Source: Candidatus Magasanikbacteria bacterium UBA922
Lineage (GTDB): Bacteria; Patescibacteriota; Patescibacteriia; Magasanikbacterales; UBA922
Assembly (NCBI GenBank): GCA_002293825.1
Contig: DBDW01000003.1
Location: forward strand, 1-61,383
DNA: 61,383 nucleotides
Reading direction: 5' to 3'
The notes under the pieces are model-generated. The model was given only the letters and a program-made list of their open reading frames with translations, ran no database searches and was not told where the DNA came from. This document shows positions 36,532 to 46,110 of this stretch, piece by piece (position 1 is the stretch's first letter; every line of letters begins with the position of its first letter). Position numbers and translations under genes: made by a program.

Positions 36532-37770
36532 ATGAATATTATTGAAAGCACGACGAGTGCCTGGAATATTATTACTCGGAATAAGGCTCGATCTTTTTTG
36601 ACCATGCTGGGTATTGTTATTGGTGTCATGGCAGTAATTATTGTAATGTCTGTTGGTGCTGGTGCGCAAAGTCTTATTATTAATCAGGTGAAAGGGTTGG
36701 GTTCAAATCTGGTTGTGGTGTTGCCAGGTGCGTCTGAGGAGGATGGTCCACCTGCTTCTGCGCTAGGGATTGTAATCACTACGTTGACATATGAAGATGG
36801 GCAGGCGATTATGCGAGATGCCTGTCAGTGTATTGAAGATTTGGCGGTGTATACTACCGGTAACGACATTATTACTGCAGATGACACGACAATTCGTGGA
36901 AATTATACTGGTACGAGTGCTGCGTATATTGATGTTGAAGATACGGAAGTGCTTACCGGTAGATTTTTTTCAGAAGATGAGGAGAAAAGTTATGCGACTG
37001 TTGCAGTACTTGGTTCAGGTATTCGTGATGAATTATTTGGAGATGAGGATCCACTTGGTAAACGTATTAGAATTGGTAAGGTAAATTTTACCGTTATTGG
37101 CACGATGAAAGAGCGTGGAGTAAGTGGTTTTCAGAATCAGGATAATCAGTTATTTATTCCGATTAGTACTGCACAAAAATTGTTATTAGGAATTAATCAT
37201 GTGAATTACATTCGCATGAAAGTGGATGTTCCAGAAAATGTGGAGGTCGCTATGGAAGATGTGCGACAAATACTTCGTGATCGACACGATATCAAGCCTG
37301 ATGAATCGCCTGATTTCTCGGTACGTTCGATGGCACAAGGGTTGGATGCGCTCACGAGTATTACCAATGCTTTGAAATTCTTTTTGGTGGCGATTGCAAG
37401 TATCGCATTGGTGGTCGGTGGATTTGGTATTATGAATATCATGCTTGCTACGGTGCAGGAACGTACTCGTGAAATCGGACTTAGAAAAGCAGTTGGTGCT
37501 ACTTCACGACAAATTACATTTCAATTCTTGATTGAGTCGATGGTTATTACATTTGTCGGTGGAACTATCGGTATTCTATTGGGTGTATTGATTTCGGTGC
37601 TCGTCGCAGTAGTTGCTCAGCAGATGGGTTATTCATGGGATTTGGTAATTACGACAAGCTCGATTTTATTAGGATGGGGGGTATCGGTAGGTATCGGACT
37701 TGTATTTGGTATTATACCTGCTCGTCGAGCGAGTATGCTCAATGCGATCGATGCATTGCGTTACGAATAA
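36532..37770 (+). CDS. ABC transporter permease, MacB/FtsX family (paralog 1)
   Basis: TM1, a periplasmic domain and a C-terminal FtsX module (ERTREIGLRKAVGATSRQI). Confidence 0.85.
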   Translation: MNIIESTTSAWNIITRNKARSFLTMLGIVIGVMAVIIVMSVGAGAQSLIINQVKGLGSNLVVVLPGASEEDGPPASALGIVITTLTYEDGQAIMRDACQCIEDLAVYTTGNDIITADDTTIRGNYTGTSAAYIDVEDTEVLTGRFFSEDEEKSYATVAVLGSGIRDELFGDEDPLGKRIRIGKVNFTVIGTMKERGVSGFQNQDNQLFIPISTAQKLLLGINHVNYIRMKVDVPENVEVAMEDVRQILRDRHDIKPDESPDFSVRSMAQGLDALTSITNALKFFLVAIASIALVVGGFGIMNIMLATVQERTREIGLRKAVGATSRQITFQFLIESMVITFVGGTIGILLGVLISVLVAVVAQQMGYSWDLVITTSSILLGWGVSVGIGLVFGIIPARRASMLNAIDALRYE

Positions 37771-37776
37771 TTCTAT

Positions 37777-39018
37777 ATGGTATTCAAAGATTTATATAGC
37801 ATGGCGTTTGGTGCGCTCTTGCGTCAAAAGATGAGAACTGTGCTTACGGTTATTGCGCTAAGTATTGGTATTGCTTCGGTTGTGATTATCGTGTCTGCTG
37901 GCAAAGGGCTTGAGTCTATGGTATTGGGTGAGCTCGATATTTATAGTCCTAATACATTGAACATTGAAGTCCGTGTTCCAGGCAAGGGAGGGGGAGGCAG
38001 TGCTACAAGTATGGCAAGTGGTGTGACCATAACCACACTCAAGAATTCTGATATGGATGCGATTATGAGGCATCCAAATATTTCTGTTGCGTATAATTAT
38101 GTTACGAGTCAGCAGGTGATTAAGTATCGGGAACAAAATAAAACTGTTACGGTTTTTGGGTATGGAGCATATGCGGCAGAAGTCGATACTATCAAAATTT
38201 CTGAAGGTAGATTTTATACTCCTGAAGAAGAGGCTGCCTTGGCACAGGTAGTATTTATCGGGGCAAAGATAAAAGAAGATTTTTTTGGTGATGACACTGC
38301 GGTGGGGAAAAGCATTTTTATCAAAGGAAAGTCATTTCGAGTGGTAGGTGTACAAGAGCCAATGGGTGCGAGTTTTGGTTTTGATATGGATTCGGTGATT
38401 TATATCCCTACTCAGACATTGCAAAAGAGGTTTTTGGGTACTGATTATGCGATGGGTATCAATGCGCATGTGATTGATATGAATCAGATTGATACGACCA
38501 AAGAAGATGTCGAAATTCTTCTTCGTGAGCGTCATGATATTACCGATCCTGATAAAGATGATTTTGAAGTTTCGACGATGGTCGAGATTCGAAGTACACT
38601 TGAGACGGTGATTGGTGGAATCACCTTATTATTGATTGCACTAGTGTGTATTTCTCTCGTAGTAGGTGGGGTAGGTATTACGAATATCATGTACGTTACG
38701 GTAGCTGAACGAACATTTGAGATCGGTCTTCGTAAATCTCTCGGTGCTCGATCAAAAGATATTTTACTTCAGTTTTTGACTGAAGCAACTCTGCTTACAT
38801 TTAGTGGTGGAGTGGTCGGTGTGATTGTGGGTATATTGATTTCGTATCTGGTGTATATTGTTGCTACAAATATTGGACTAGATTGGGTGTTTTCTATTCC
38901 ACTGTATTCAGTTGTTCTTGCGCTTGTGTTTTCTACTGCAGTTGGTCTATTTTTTGGACTATATCCTGCGCGCAAAGCTTCACTACTTAATCCAATTGAT
39001 GCGCTGAGGAAGGAATAG
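37777..39018 (+). CDS. ABC transporter permease, MacB/FtsX family (paralog 2)
   Basis: Same architecture as paralog 1 (ERTFEIGLRKSLGARSKDI). Confidence 0.85.
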   Translation: MVFKDLYSMAFGALLRQKMRTVLTVIALSIGIASVVIIVSAGKGLESMVLGELDIYSPNTLNIEVRVPGKGGGGSATSMASGVTITTLKNSDMDAIMRHPNISVAYNYVTSQQVIKYREQNKTVTVFGYGAYAAEVDTIKISEGRFYTPEEEAALAQVVFIGAKIKEDFFGDDTAVGKSIFIKGKSFRVVGVQEPMGASFGFDMDSVIYIPTQTLQKRFLGTDYAMGINAHVIDMNQIDTTKEDVEILLRERHDITDPDKDDFEVSTMVEIRSTLETVIGGITLLLIALVCISLVVGGVGITNIMYVTVAERTFEIGLRKSLGARSKDILLQFLTEATLLTFSGGVVGVIVGILISYLVYIVATNIGLDWVFSIPLYSVVLALVFSTAVGLFFGLYPARKASLLNPIDALRKE

Positions 39019-39039
39019 TTGATTGCGGGAGTAGATGTT

Positions 39040-39069
39040 TTGACTTTATGATAGAATTTCGGCTATACT
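39040..39069 (+). promoter_or_regulatory. Promoter TTGACT-18-TATACT for yidC (very short or no leader)
   Basis: The -10 ends 9 nt before the ATG at 39079. A second TATACT abuts the ATG. Confidence 0.45.
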
Positions 39070-39078
39070 GTATATACT

Positions 39079-39786
39079 ATGTTATCCTATATTTGGAGTG
39101 AATTATTGTACCAGCCACTATTTAATGTACTTATTTGGTTATACAATAATGTTACCGATCATAATATGGGATGGTCGGTAATTCTTCTTACCGTGGCATT
39201 GCGTGTAGTCATGCTTCCGCTGTCTGTTATTTCTGAATATAATACGGTCAAAAATCAAGAACTCAATGCTGAAATCGAGAAGATGACTGCTGATTTCAAA
39301 TATGATCCTGTTTTACGAAAAGAACAGATACGAAAGTTGATTAAAGCTCGACGAGTGCATCCGTGGTCAAAGACGCTTGGACTCGCACTTCAATTACTTG
39401 TTTTGCTGTTGTTGTATCAAGTGTTTTGGCGTGGAATTACGGGAGAAAAATTGATTACCTATTTGTATGATTGGGTGGATTTTCCAGGAACGATCAATGT
39501 CATGTTTTACGGCTTTAATTTGGGGGCGTATCATGATATAGTGTGGTCGGGAATTGTTGCGATTCTCATTTTGGTCGAAATCTATTTAGAGGTTCGTCGT
39601 AGTAAGAAAGTTCCTACGAAATCAGATTTACTGTATTTTATCTTGTTTCCGCTTGCAACATTCTACATACTATGGCTCCTTCCAATGGTAAAATCACTCT
39701 TTGTATTGACCTCAATCGTTTTTTCTGCTATAGTCAATCCTTTATTGCATGCTGCAATGAAGCCTAAAAAAACAGAACACACCTAG
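39079..39786 (+). CDS. yidC: YidC/Oxa1 family membrane protein insertase (short form)
   Basis: LLYQPLFNVLIWLYN...GWSVILLTVALRVVMLPLS, and 5 TMs. Confidence 0.8.
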   Translation: MLSYIWSELLYQPLFNVLIWLYNNVTDHNMGWSVILLTVALRVVMLPLSVISEYNTVKNQELNAEIEKMTADFKYDPVLRKEQIRKLIKARRVHPWSKTLGLALQLLVLLLLYQVFWRGITGEKLITYLYDWVDFPGTINVMFYGFNLGAYHDIVWSGIVAILILVEIYLEVRRSKKVPTKSDLLYFILFPLATFYILWLLPMVKSLFVLTSIVFSAIVNPLLHAAMKPKKTEHT

Positions 39787-39807
39787 TGTCATCATTAATA
39801 TCACTTT

Positions 39808-40428
39808 ATGGCTGAATCATCGCTCGACAAACTCATGTATTCATTTGTAATGGAGGATGTACTTAAGGGTTTGTTTATTTATGTACCACCAGGATATGTG
39901 GCGTGTGTGTATGATCTTGGTCGTGGGGTATTGAAAAAGGTATTGACCCCCGGTCTTCATTTCAAGATTCCATTTTGGCAGAAGGCAAAATTGTTTAATA
40001 CCCAGACACTTGAGTATGGTATTTCTCGACAGTTTAATAGTAGCAATCAGAAAGCGATGGGGGATATACCGATTGCTGCGGTGACTCATGATAATCGACG
40101 CATTGCGGTCGAGGGTACGATTTTGCTTCGTCTTGATATACATCAAATTCCGATGATTTGGCAGACGATTGGTGAAGATTTTGTGGAGAAAATTATTCGT
40201 CCTACTATCCGCAGTCGTATGCGTATGGTGGCGACCCGATTCAATTATGAAGATTTGGTAGGAGGTAAGCGTGATGCGGTAGAAACTGAAGTGAAAAATG
40301 AACTTGAGCGAATTTTCTACCCACGAGGGATTTATGTAGAAAATATTCTTCTGTCTGAGATTTCTCAGGTGAGTGGATCTAGTGGTGGAGATGGGGCGAA
40401 GAAAGAAGAGCATGGAGGAAATTTTTAA
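39808..40428 (+). CDS. SPFH/Band 7 (prohibitin-like) domain protein without an evident TM anchor
   Basis: VPPGYVACVYDLGRGVLKKVLTPGLHFKIPFWQK...; EKIIRPTIRSRMR. Gly-rich C-terminus. Confidence 0.65.
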   Translation: MAESSLDKLMYSFVMEDVLKGLFIYVPPGYVACVYDLGRGVLKKVLTPGLHFKIPFWQKAKLFNTQTLEYGISRQFNSSNQKAMGDIPIAAVTHDNRRIAVEGTILLRLDIHQIPMIWQTIGEDFVEKIIRPTIRSRMRMVATRFNYEDLVGGKRDAVETEVKNELERIFYPRGIYVENILLSEISQVSGSSGGDGAKKEEHGGNF

Positions 40429-40437
40429 TATTTCTTT

Positions 40438-41298
40438 ATGAGTGAGAACGTGATTCAGAGACGGAATGAGTCAGTGTATCATACTGAGGAGTTGTCAAAA
40501 GACCATGATACAAAAGAAGAAGAGAAAATTTTAGAAAATTTGCGTTCCAATTCTTATTTTATTCGTCTTTGTAAAGGTTTTTCTCGTTATCAAGAACTAC
40601 TTGGTTCGTCGAGTGTGCTTCCTGAAGAAAAAAAAGTGATTTTGGAACGAATGCATATATTACATGGAGTTGGAGAGATTAATGTTGATAAGCATAACAA
40701 AAATGTTTTAAATGTAGAGCCTCTAAATGTAGACGATATATTTAAGTATGCGTTACAGCACGCAGAAGATGGTACATTTGATCAAGAAAACTTTCTTCAA
40801 TACATACGTAAAAATAATGATATTTTATTGGGTCTTTCTGATGAATGGAATCCTAAAAGTGGGGATAGTAAACTAGGAGAGTATGAGTATGTAAACAGTC
40901 TGGTTGCTTTTACCAGGAAAGATGAGCAAACGATATCTCTTCATATTCTTCCTGCTGGAACTTTGCAATCCACTGAACTTGTTTTTAAAATTGTGCAAGG
41001 TTTTAAAGAAATTGCTCAACAGATTAAATCAGGTGCTATCTCTTGTGAGTTTGTAGAAATGAAATCATGGATGTTGGGCAGAGGTCTTGAAGGTAAAATT
41101 AAGCCTTTGTTTGCTAAACTTGGTAATGTTGATATTGAAGATATTGATCAGAGCGATGATGATGTGGTCGATATTCAACGATTAGCTTTATTGTTCAATA
41201 CCAAATCTCTTGATACTTATTTACGCACCGGAGAGAAGCCAGAAGTTAGAGCTGCTTACATAGAAAGTCAGAAATTTGTCCAAGCTTTTACGGTTTAA
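40438..41298 (+). CDS. Hypothetical protein (286 aa)
   Basis: Clean ORF 9 nt after the SPFH gene, followed by a terminator. No recognisable motifs. Confidence 0.5.
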   Translation: MSENVIQRRNESVYHTEELSKDHDTKEEEKILENLRSNSYFIRLCKGFSRYQELLGSSSVLPEEKKVILERMHILHGVGEINVDKHNKNVLNVEPLNVDDIFKYALQHAEDGTFDQENFLQYIRKNNDILLGLSDEWNPKSGDSKLGEYEYVNSLVAFTRKDEQTISLHILPAGTLQSTELVFKIVQGFKEIAQQIKSGAISCEFVEMKSWMLGRGLEGKIKPLFAKLGNVDIEDIDQSDDDVVDIQRLALLFNTKSLDTYLRTGEKPEVRAAYIESQKFVQAFTV

Positions 41299-41316
41299 CT
41301 AGAATTTATTTTTCTT

Positions 41317-41343
41317 AAAGAGGCTCTTGACAGCCTCTTTTTT
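41317..41343 (+). terminator. Intrinsic terminator whose loop carries the hrcA -35 hexamer
   Basis: AAAGAGGCT-CTTGAC-AGCCTCTTT followed by TTT. Confidence 0.7.
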
Positions 41344-41356
41344 ATAATGCTATATT
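41327..41356 (+). promoter_or_regulatory. Promoter TTGACA-18-TATATT for the hrcA operon
   Basis: Hexamers at 41327-41332 and 41351-41356. Confidence 0.55.
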
Positions 41357-41381
41357 ATCACTCAGAGAATAAGAGTGCTAA
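41355..41381 (+). promoter_or_regulatory. CIRCE operator (HrcA binding site)
   Basis: TTATCACTC-N9-GAGTGCTAA against the consensus TTAGCACTC-N9-GAGTGCTAA (1 mismatch). It ends 1 nt before the hrcA ATG. Confidence 0.85.
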
Positions 41382-41382
41382 T

Positions 41383-42066
41383 ATGCTTACCCCTCGAAAA
41401 GAAGAAATTCTTACCTATATTGTAGAGACCTATATACGCGATGCCGAACCTATCGGCTCGAAATTGATGTCTGAGGATGCTGCGCTTGGTGTTTCTGGTG
41501 CCACACTTCGCAATGAGATGCGTGAGCTTGAGGAGGCTGGACTCCTGACCCATCCCCATACTTCATCGGGAAGAATTCCCACAGAGGCAGGGTATCGGTA
41601 TTATGTAGAGCAGCTTATGAAGCCAGAGGTAATTGGCAAGCGTGTATTTGATAAGATTACTACAATGCTTGAACAGTATGATGAGCGTGAACGAAGATTG
41701 AAATTATTTGCACGCATGGCTTCTGAGATGTGTGGTACCGCAGTAATTGTGTTGTCAAAAAAAGATTCATTGTATTATACGGGCATTTCACAGTTCTTTT
41801 CGCAGCCAGAGTTCAAGGATTATTCGTTTACGGTATCTATGTCTGGAATATTTGATGCGTGTGAAGAGGTGATTCCCGCTTTGTATGTAGAATACAGAGA
41901 TACTCAGCCGAAGATTATGATTGGTTCTGATAATCCATTTGGGGCAATGTGCAGTATTGTGGGTAAGAAATTAGAAGATGGTGCGTTTATTGCAGTATTA
42001 GGCCCTCTTCGCATGAGATACAGTAGGGCATTTGCATTACTGGATCATACTAATGAATTATTTTAA
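41383..42066 (+). CDS. hrcA: Heat-inducible transcription repressor HrcA (short, 227 aa)
   Basis: MLTPRKEEILTYIVETYIRDAEPIGSKLM...GVSGATLRNEMRELEEAGLLTHPHTSSGRIPTEAGYRYYV is the HrcA wHTH. The protein is shorter than the ~340-aa canonical form. Confidence 0.8.
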   Translation: MLTPRKEEILTYIVETYIRDAEPIGSKLMSEDAALGVSGATLRNEMRELEEAGLLTHPHTSSGRIPTEAGYRYYVEQLMKPEVIGKRVFDKITTMLEQYDERERRLKLFARMASEMCGTAVIVLSKKDSLYYTGISQFFSQPEFKDYSFTVSMSGIFDACEEVIPALYVEYRDTQPKIMIGSDNPFGAMCSIVGKKLEDGAFIAVLGPLRMRYSRAFALLDHTNELF

Positions 42067-42085
42067 TTTTGTATCTAAATATAGT

Positions 42086-42631
42086 ATGAGTGATGAATCA
42101 CACGGAACAACTAATCATGAAGAATCTCTGAATACGCAGCCACAATCTGATCTTGAAAAATTGATGCAGGAGTGTCAGGAATACAAATCGGGTTGGCAAC
42201 GAGCAGTGGCTGATTATCATAATCTCAAGAAGGAAACAGAGGCTCGAAAAGTAGAGCTTTTCCAATGGAGTGAAGAACAGATCGTGAATGAATTTATCCC
42301 TGTATACGATAATTTCAAGAAAGCATTTGAACATCATCCTGAATTGGATATTTCTGATGAATTTCATAAGAAGGTTAAGGGTTGGGTTGATGGGATCGGA
42401 TTTATCAAAAAACAATTTGAAGATGTGTTGAAGAATCATGGAGTAGAAGAGATCAAGACCGATGGTGTGTTTGATACGCAGTATCATGAAGTGGTCGCTG
42501 AAGAAGAGCATGAATCTGAATCAGGGTCGATTATTCGTGTAGTGGATTCTGGATATTTGATGCGAGGAAAAGTGATCAAGGTTGCGAAAGTGGTTGTTTC
42601 GAAAGGAAAAAGCTCAAACGAAAAGGTATAA
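42086..42631 (+). CDS. grpE: Nucleotide exchange factor GrpE
   Basis: WQRAVADYHNLKKE, FIPVYDNFKKA and GYLMRGKVIKVAKVVV motifs. The ATG at 42086 avoids overlap with hrcA. Confidence 0.85.
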   Translation: MSDESHGTTNHEESLNTQPQSDLEKLMQECQEYKSGWQRAVADYHNLKKETEARKVELFQWSEEQIVNEFIPVYDNFKKAFEHHPELDISDEFHKKVKGWVDGIGFIKKQFEDVLKNHGVEEIKTDGVFDTQYHEVVAEEEHESESGSIIRVVDSGYLMRGKVIKVAKVVVSKGKSSNEKV

Positions 42632-42655
42632 GAAATTATAGATATAATTTTTAAG

Positions 42656-42685
42656 CTCAACGCATATCGAACGGTATGTGTTGAG
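42656..42685 (+). promoter_or_regulatory. 11-bp inverted repeat immediately upstream of the hsp20 SD
   Basis: CTCAACGCATA-8 nt-TATGTGTTGAG (one G-U as RNA). The SD AGGAGA is at 42689-42694. Confidence 0.4.
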
Positions 42686-42701
42686 AACAGGAGAACAGCA
42701 T

Positions 42702-43148
42702 ATGTCTCTCACACGCTGGATCCCTATGGATCCATTTGCCGAGATGGACGAGCTCATGCGCTCTCTTCCATCGCTTCCCGGCTCATCACTTGCATCACAG
42801 CGCGCATTTATTCCACCGGTCGATGTCTATGAGACCAAGGATATGGTCGTCGTAGAAACCCAGCTTCCAGGCATCAATCCCGATGAAGTCGAGGTGAGTG
42901 TGGAAAATGGTATGCTCCATATCAAGGGTGAGCACAAGCGAGAGCACGAGGTCGAGGAGAAAAATTATTATCGAAAAGAGGTGCGCAGCGGATCATTTTA
43001 TCGCCAAGTTCCTCTCCCGACAGAGGTGCAGGAGGCAAAGGTTGCTGCTGAATTTGCAAATGGGATATTGAAGATTACATGTCCCAAGGCGGAGACGGCA
43101 GAGAAAAAGAAAGTGAGTGTAAAAATACACACTAAGGATAAAAATTGA
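42702..43148 (+). CDS. Hsp20/alpha-crystallin family small heat-shock protein
   Basis: PVDVYETKDMVVVETQLPGINPDEVEVSVENGMLHIKGE ... ANGILKITCPK. Confidence 0.88.
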   Translation: MSLTRWIPMDPFAEMDELMRSLPSLPGSSLASQRAFIPPVDVYETKDMVVVETQLPGINPDEVEVSVENGMLHIKGEHKREHEVEEKNYYRKEVRSGSFYRQVPLPTEVQEAKVAAEFANGILKITCPKAETAEKKKVSVKIHTKDKN

Positions 43149-43153
43149 TAGAA

Positions 43154-43254
43154 ACTAATAGGAAGAAGGTTCAGCTTTCTATTAGTACTTGAGCCGCTTT
43201 GCTTGACTGTCTCACAGAAGCGCTCTGTACAAGTGCTTATACAGTCGAGCAAAG
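43154..43254 (+). ncRNA. Two strong stem-loops in the hsp20-orphan spacer (structured RNA candidate, function unknown)
   Basis: A 12-bp stem pairs 43154-43165 with 43175-43186. A 14-bp stem pairs 43197-43210 with 43241-43254 and has a nested 5-bp hairpin. Neither is followed by a U-tract. Confidence 0.3.
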
Positions 43255-43287
43255 GGTTCTGGTTCTATTTATGTCTATTTTAATATT

Positions 43288-44076
43288 ATGAGTAAGAATC
43301 GTGATTTTGGAAATTCTCAGGAAATTCAGTCTTCAAAAGAAATTAAGAATTTTCGTGAGTTTGTTTTGAATAAATGGACAGCACTTTTTACCGCCATGAC
43401 TGCACTTACTGGATATAGTGTTTCTTCTCCTGAAAAAAAAGTTTTCATTGAATCAAAAAATTTGTCAGATAATCCAGAATTATTGAAAAATGTTGACATG
43501 TCTTTAAATGTTATTGGTGAGGCTTTTTTGGATAAAAAAAATAGAGAAACATTTTCTAAAACTAATCAAGAACGTTTAGAGCTTGAAGAAATTTTTAAAA
43601 TTATTCAGCGGGAACACGGATGGTATGGTCAAGCTGGTTCTGAAGAAGAGATTATTGATTTTTCATTAATTAAAGAAAACACTAATCGTGTAGAAGAATT
43701 GGCTGTTGATCAGGCATTAAAGGAGACATATCAAAAAATTTTTGATGTACTTCCTAATAAAAATTTTAATCTTACACCTAAAAATTATGGTGTCGAAGAA
43801 TTTCTTATTTCTGATACAAAAAATAATTTTAAAGCAGAGTTAGTTGTAGAACATGAAGAGGGTGACACGGGATATGATGTTTCTTCTAAAGAAAGTTATA
43901 CTTTGTCGGTTGATTTTGAAGGCCAAAAAGAATATTTTAATGTTGATTCTTTGCCTGAATTTTCAAAAATGCTTTCTCATATTTATGACTTGTTTTGTTT
44001 ATGGACACAATATAAAGATGGGCTTATAACTAAAGAACAGTATGAATTAAATAAAGAGAATATGAAAAATCGTTAG
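43288..44076 (+). CDS. Hypothetical protein (262 aa) embedded between hsp20 and dnaK
   Basis: Clean ORF, Lys/Glu/Asn-rich, with one weakly hydrophobic N-terminal segment (WTALFTAMTALTGY). No recognisable family. Confidence 0.5.
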   Translation: MSKNRDFGNSQEIQSSKEIKNFREFVLNKWTALFTAMTALTGYSVSSPEKKVFIESKNLSDNPELLKNVDMSLNVIGEAFLDKKNRETFSKTNQERLELEEIFKIIQREHGWYGQAGSEEEIIDFSLIKENTNRVEELAVDQALKETYQKIFDVLPNKNFNLTPKNYGVEEFLISDTKNNFKAELVVEHEEGDTGYDVSSKESYTLSVDFEGQKEYFNVDSLPEFSKMLSHIYDLFCLWTQYKDGLITKEQYELNKENMKNR

Positions 44077-44088
44077 TTTTATTTTTAA

Positions 44089-46059
<1,971 letters not shown>

Positions 46060-46070
46060 TGATAGACTGT

Positions 46071-46103
46071 ACTAGCTGGGAATAATCCCGGCTAGTTGTT
46101 TTT
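46071..46103 (+). terminator. Hairpin + T-run between dnaK and dnaJ (partial terminator/attenuator)
   Basis: ACTAGCTGGGA-ATAA-TCCCGGCTAGT followed by TGTTTTT. Confidence 0.6.
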
Positions 46104-46110
46104 CTATAAT

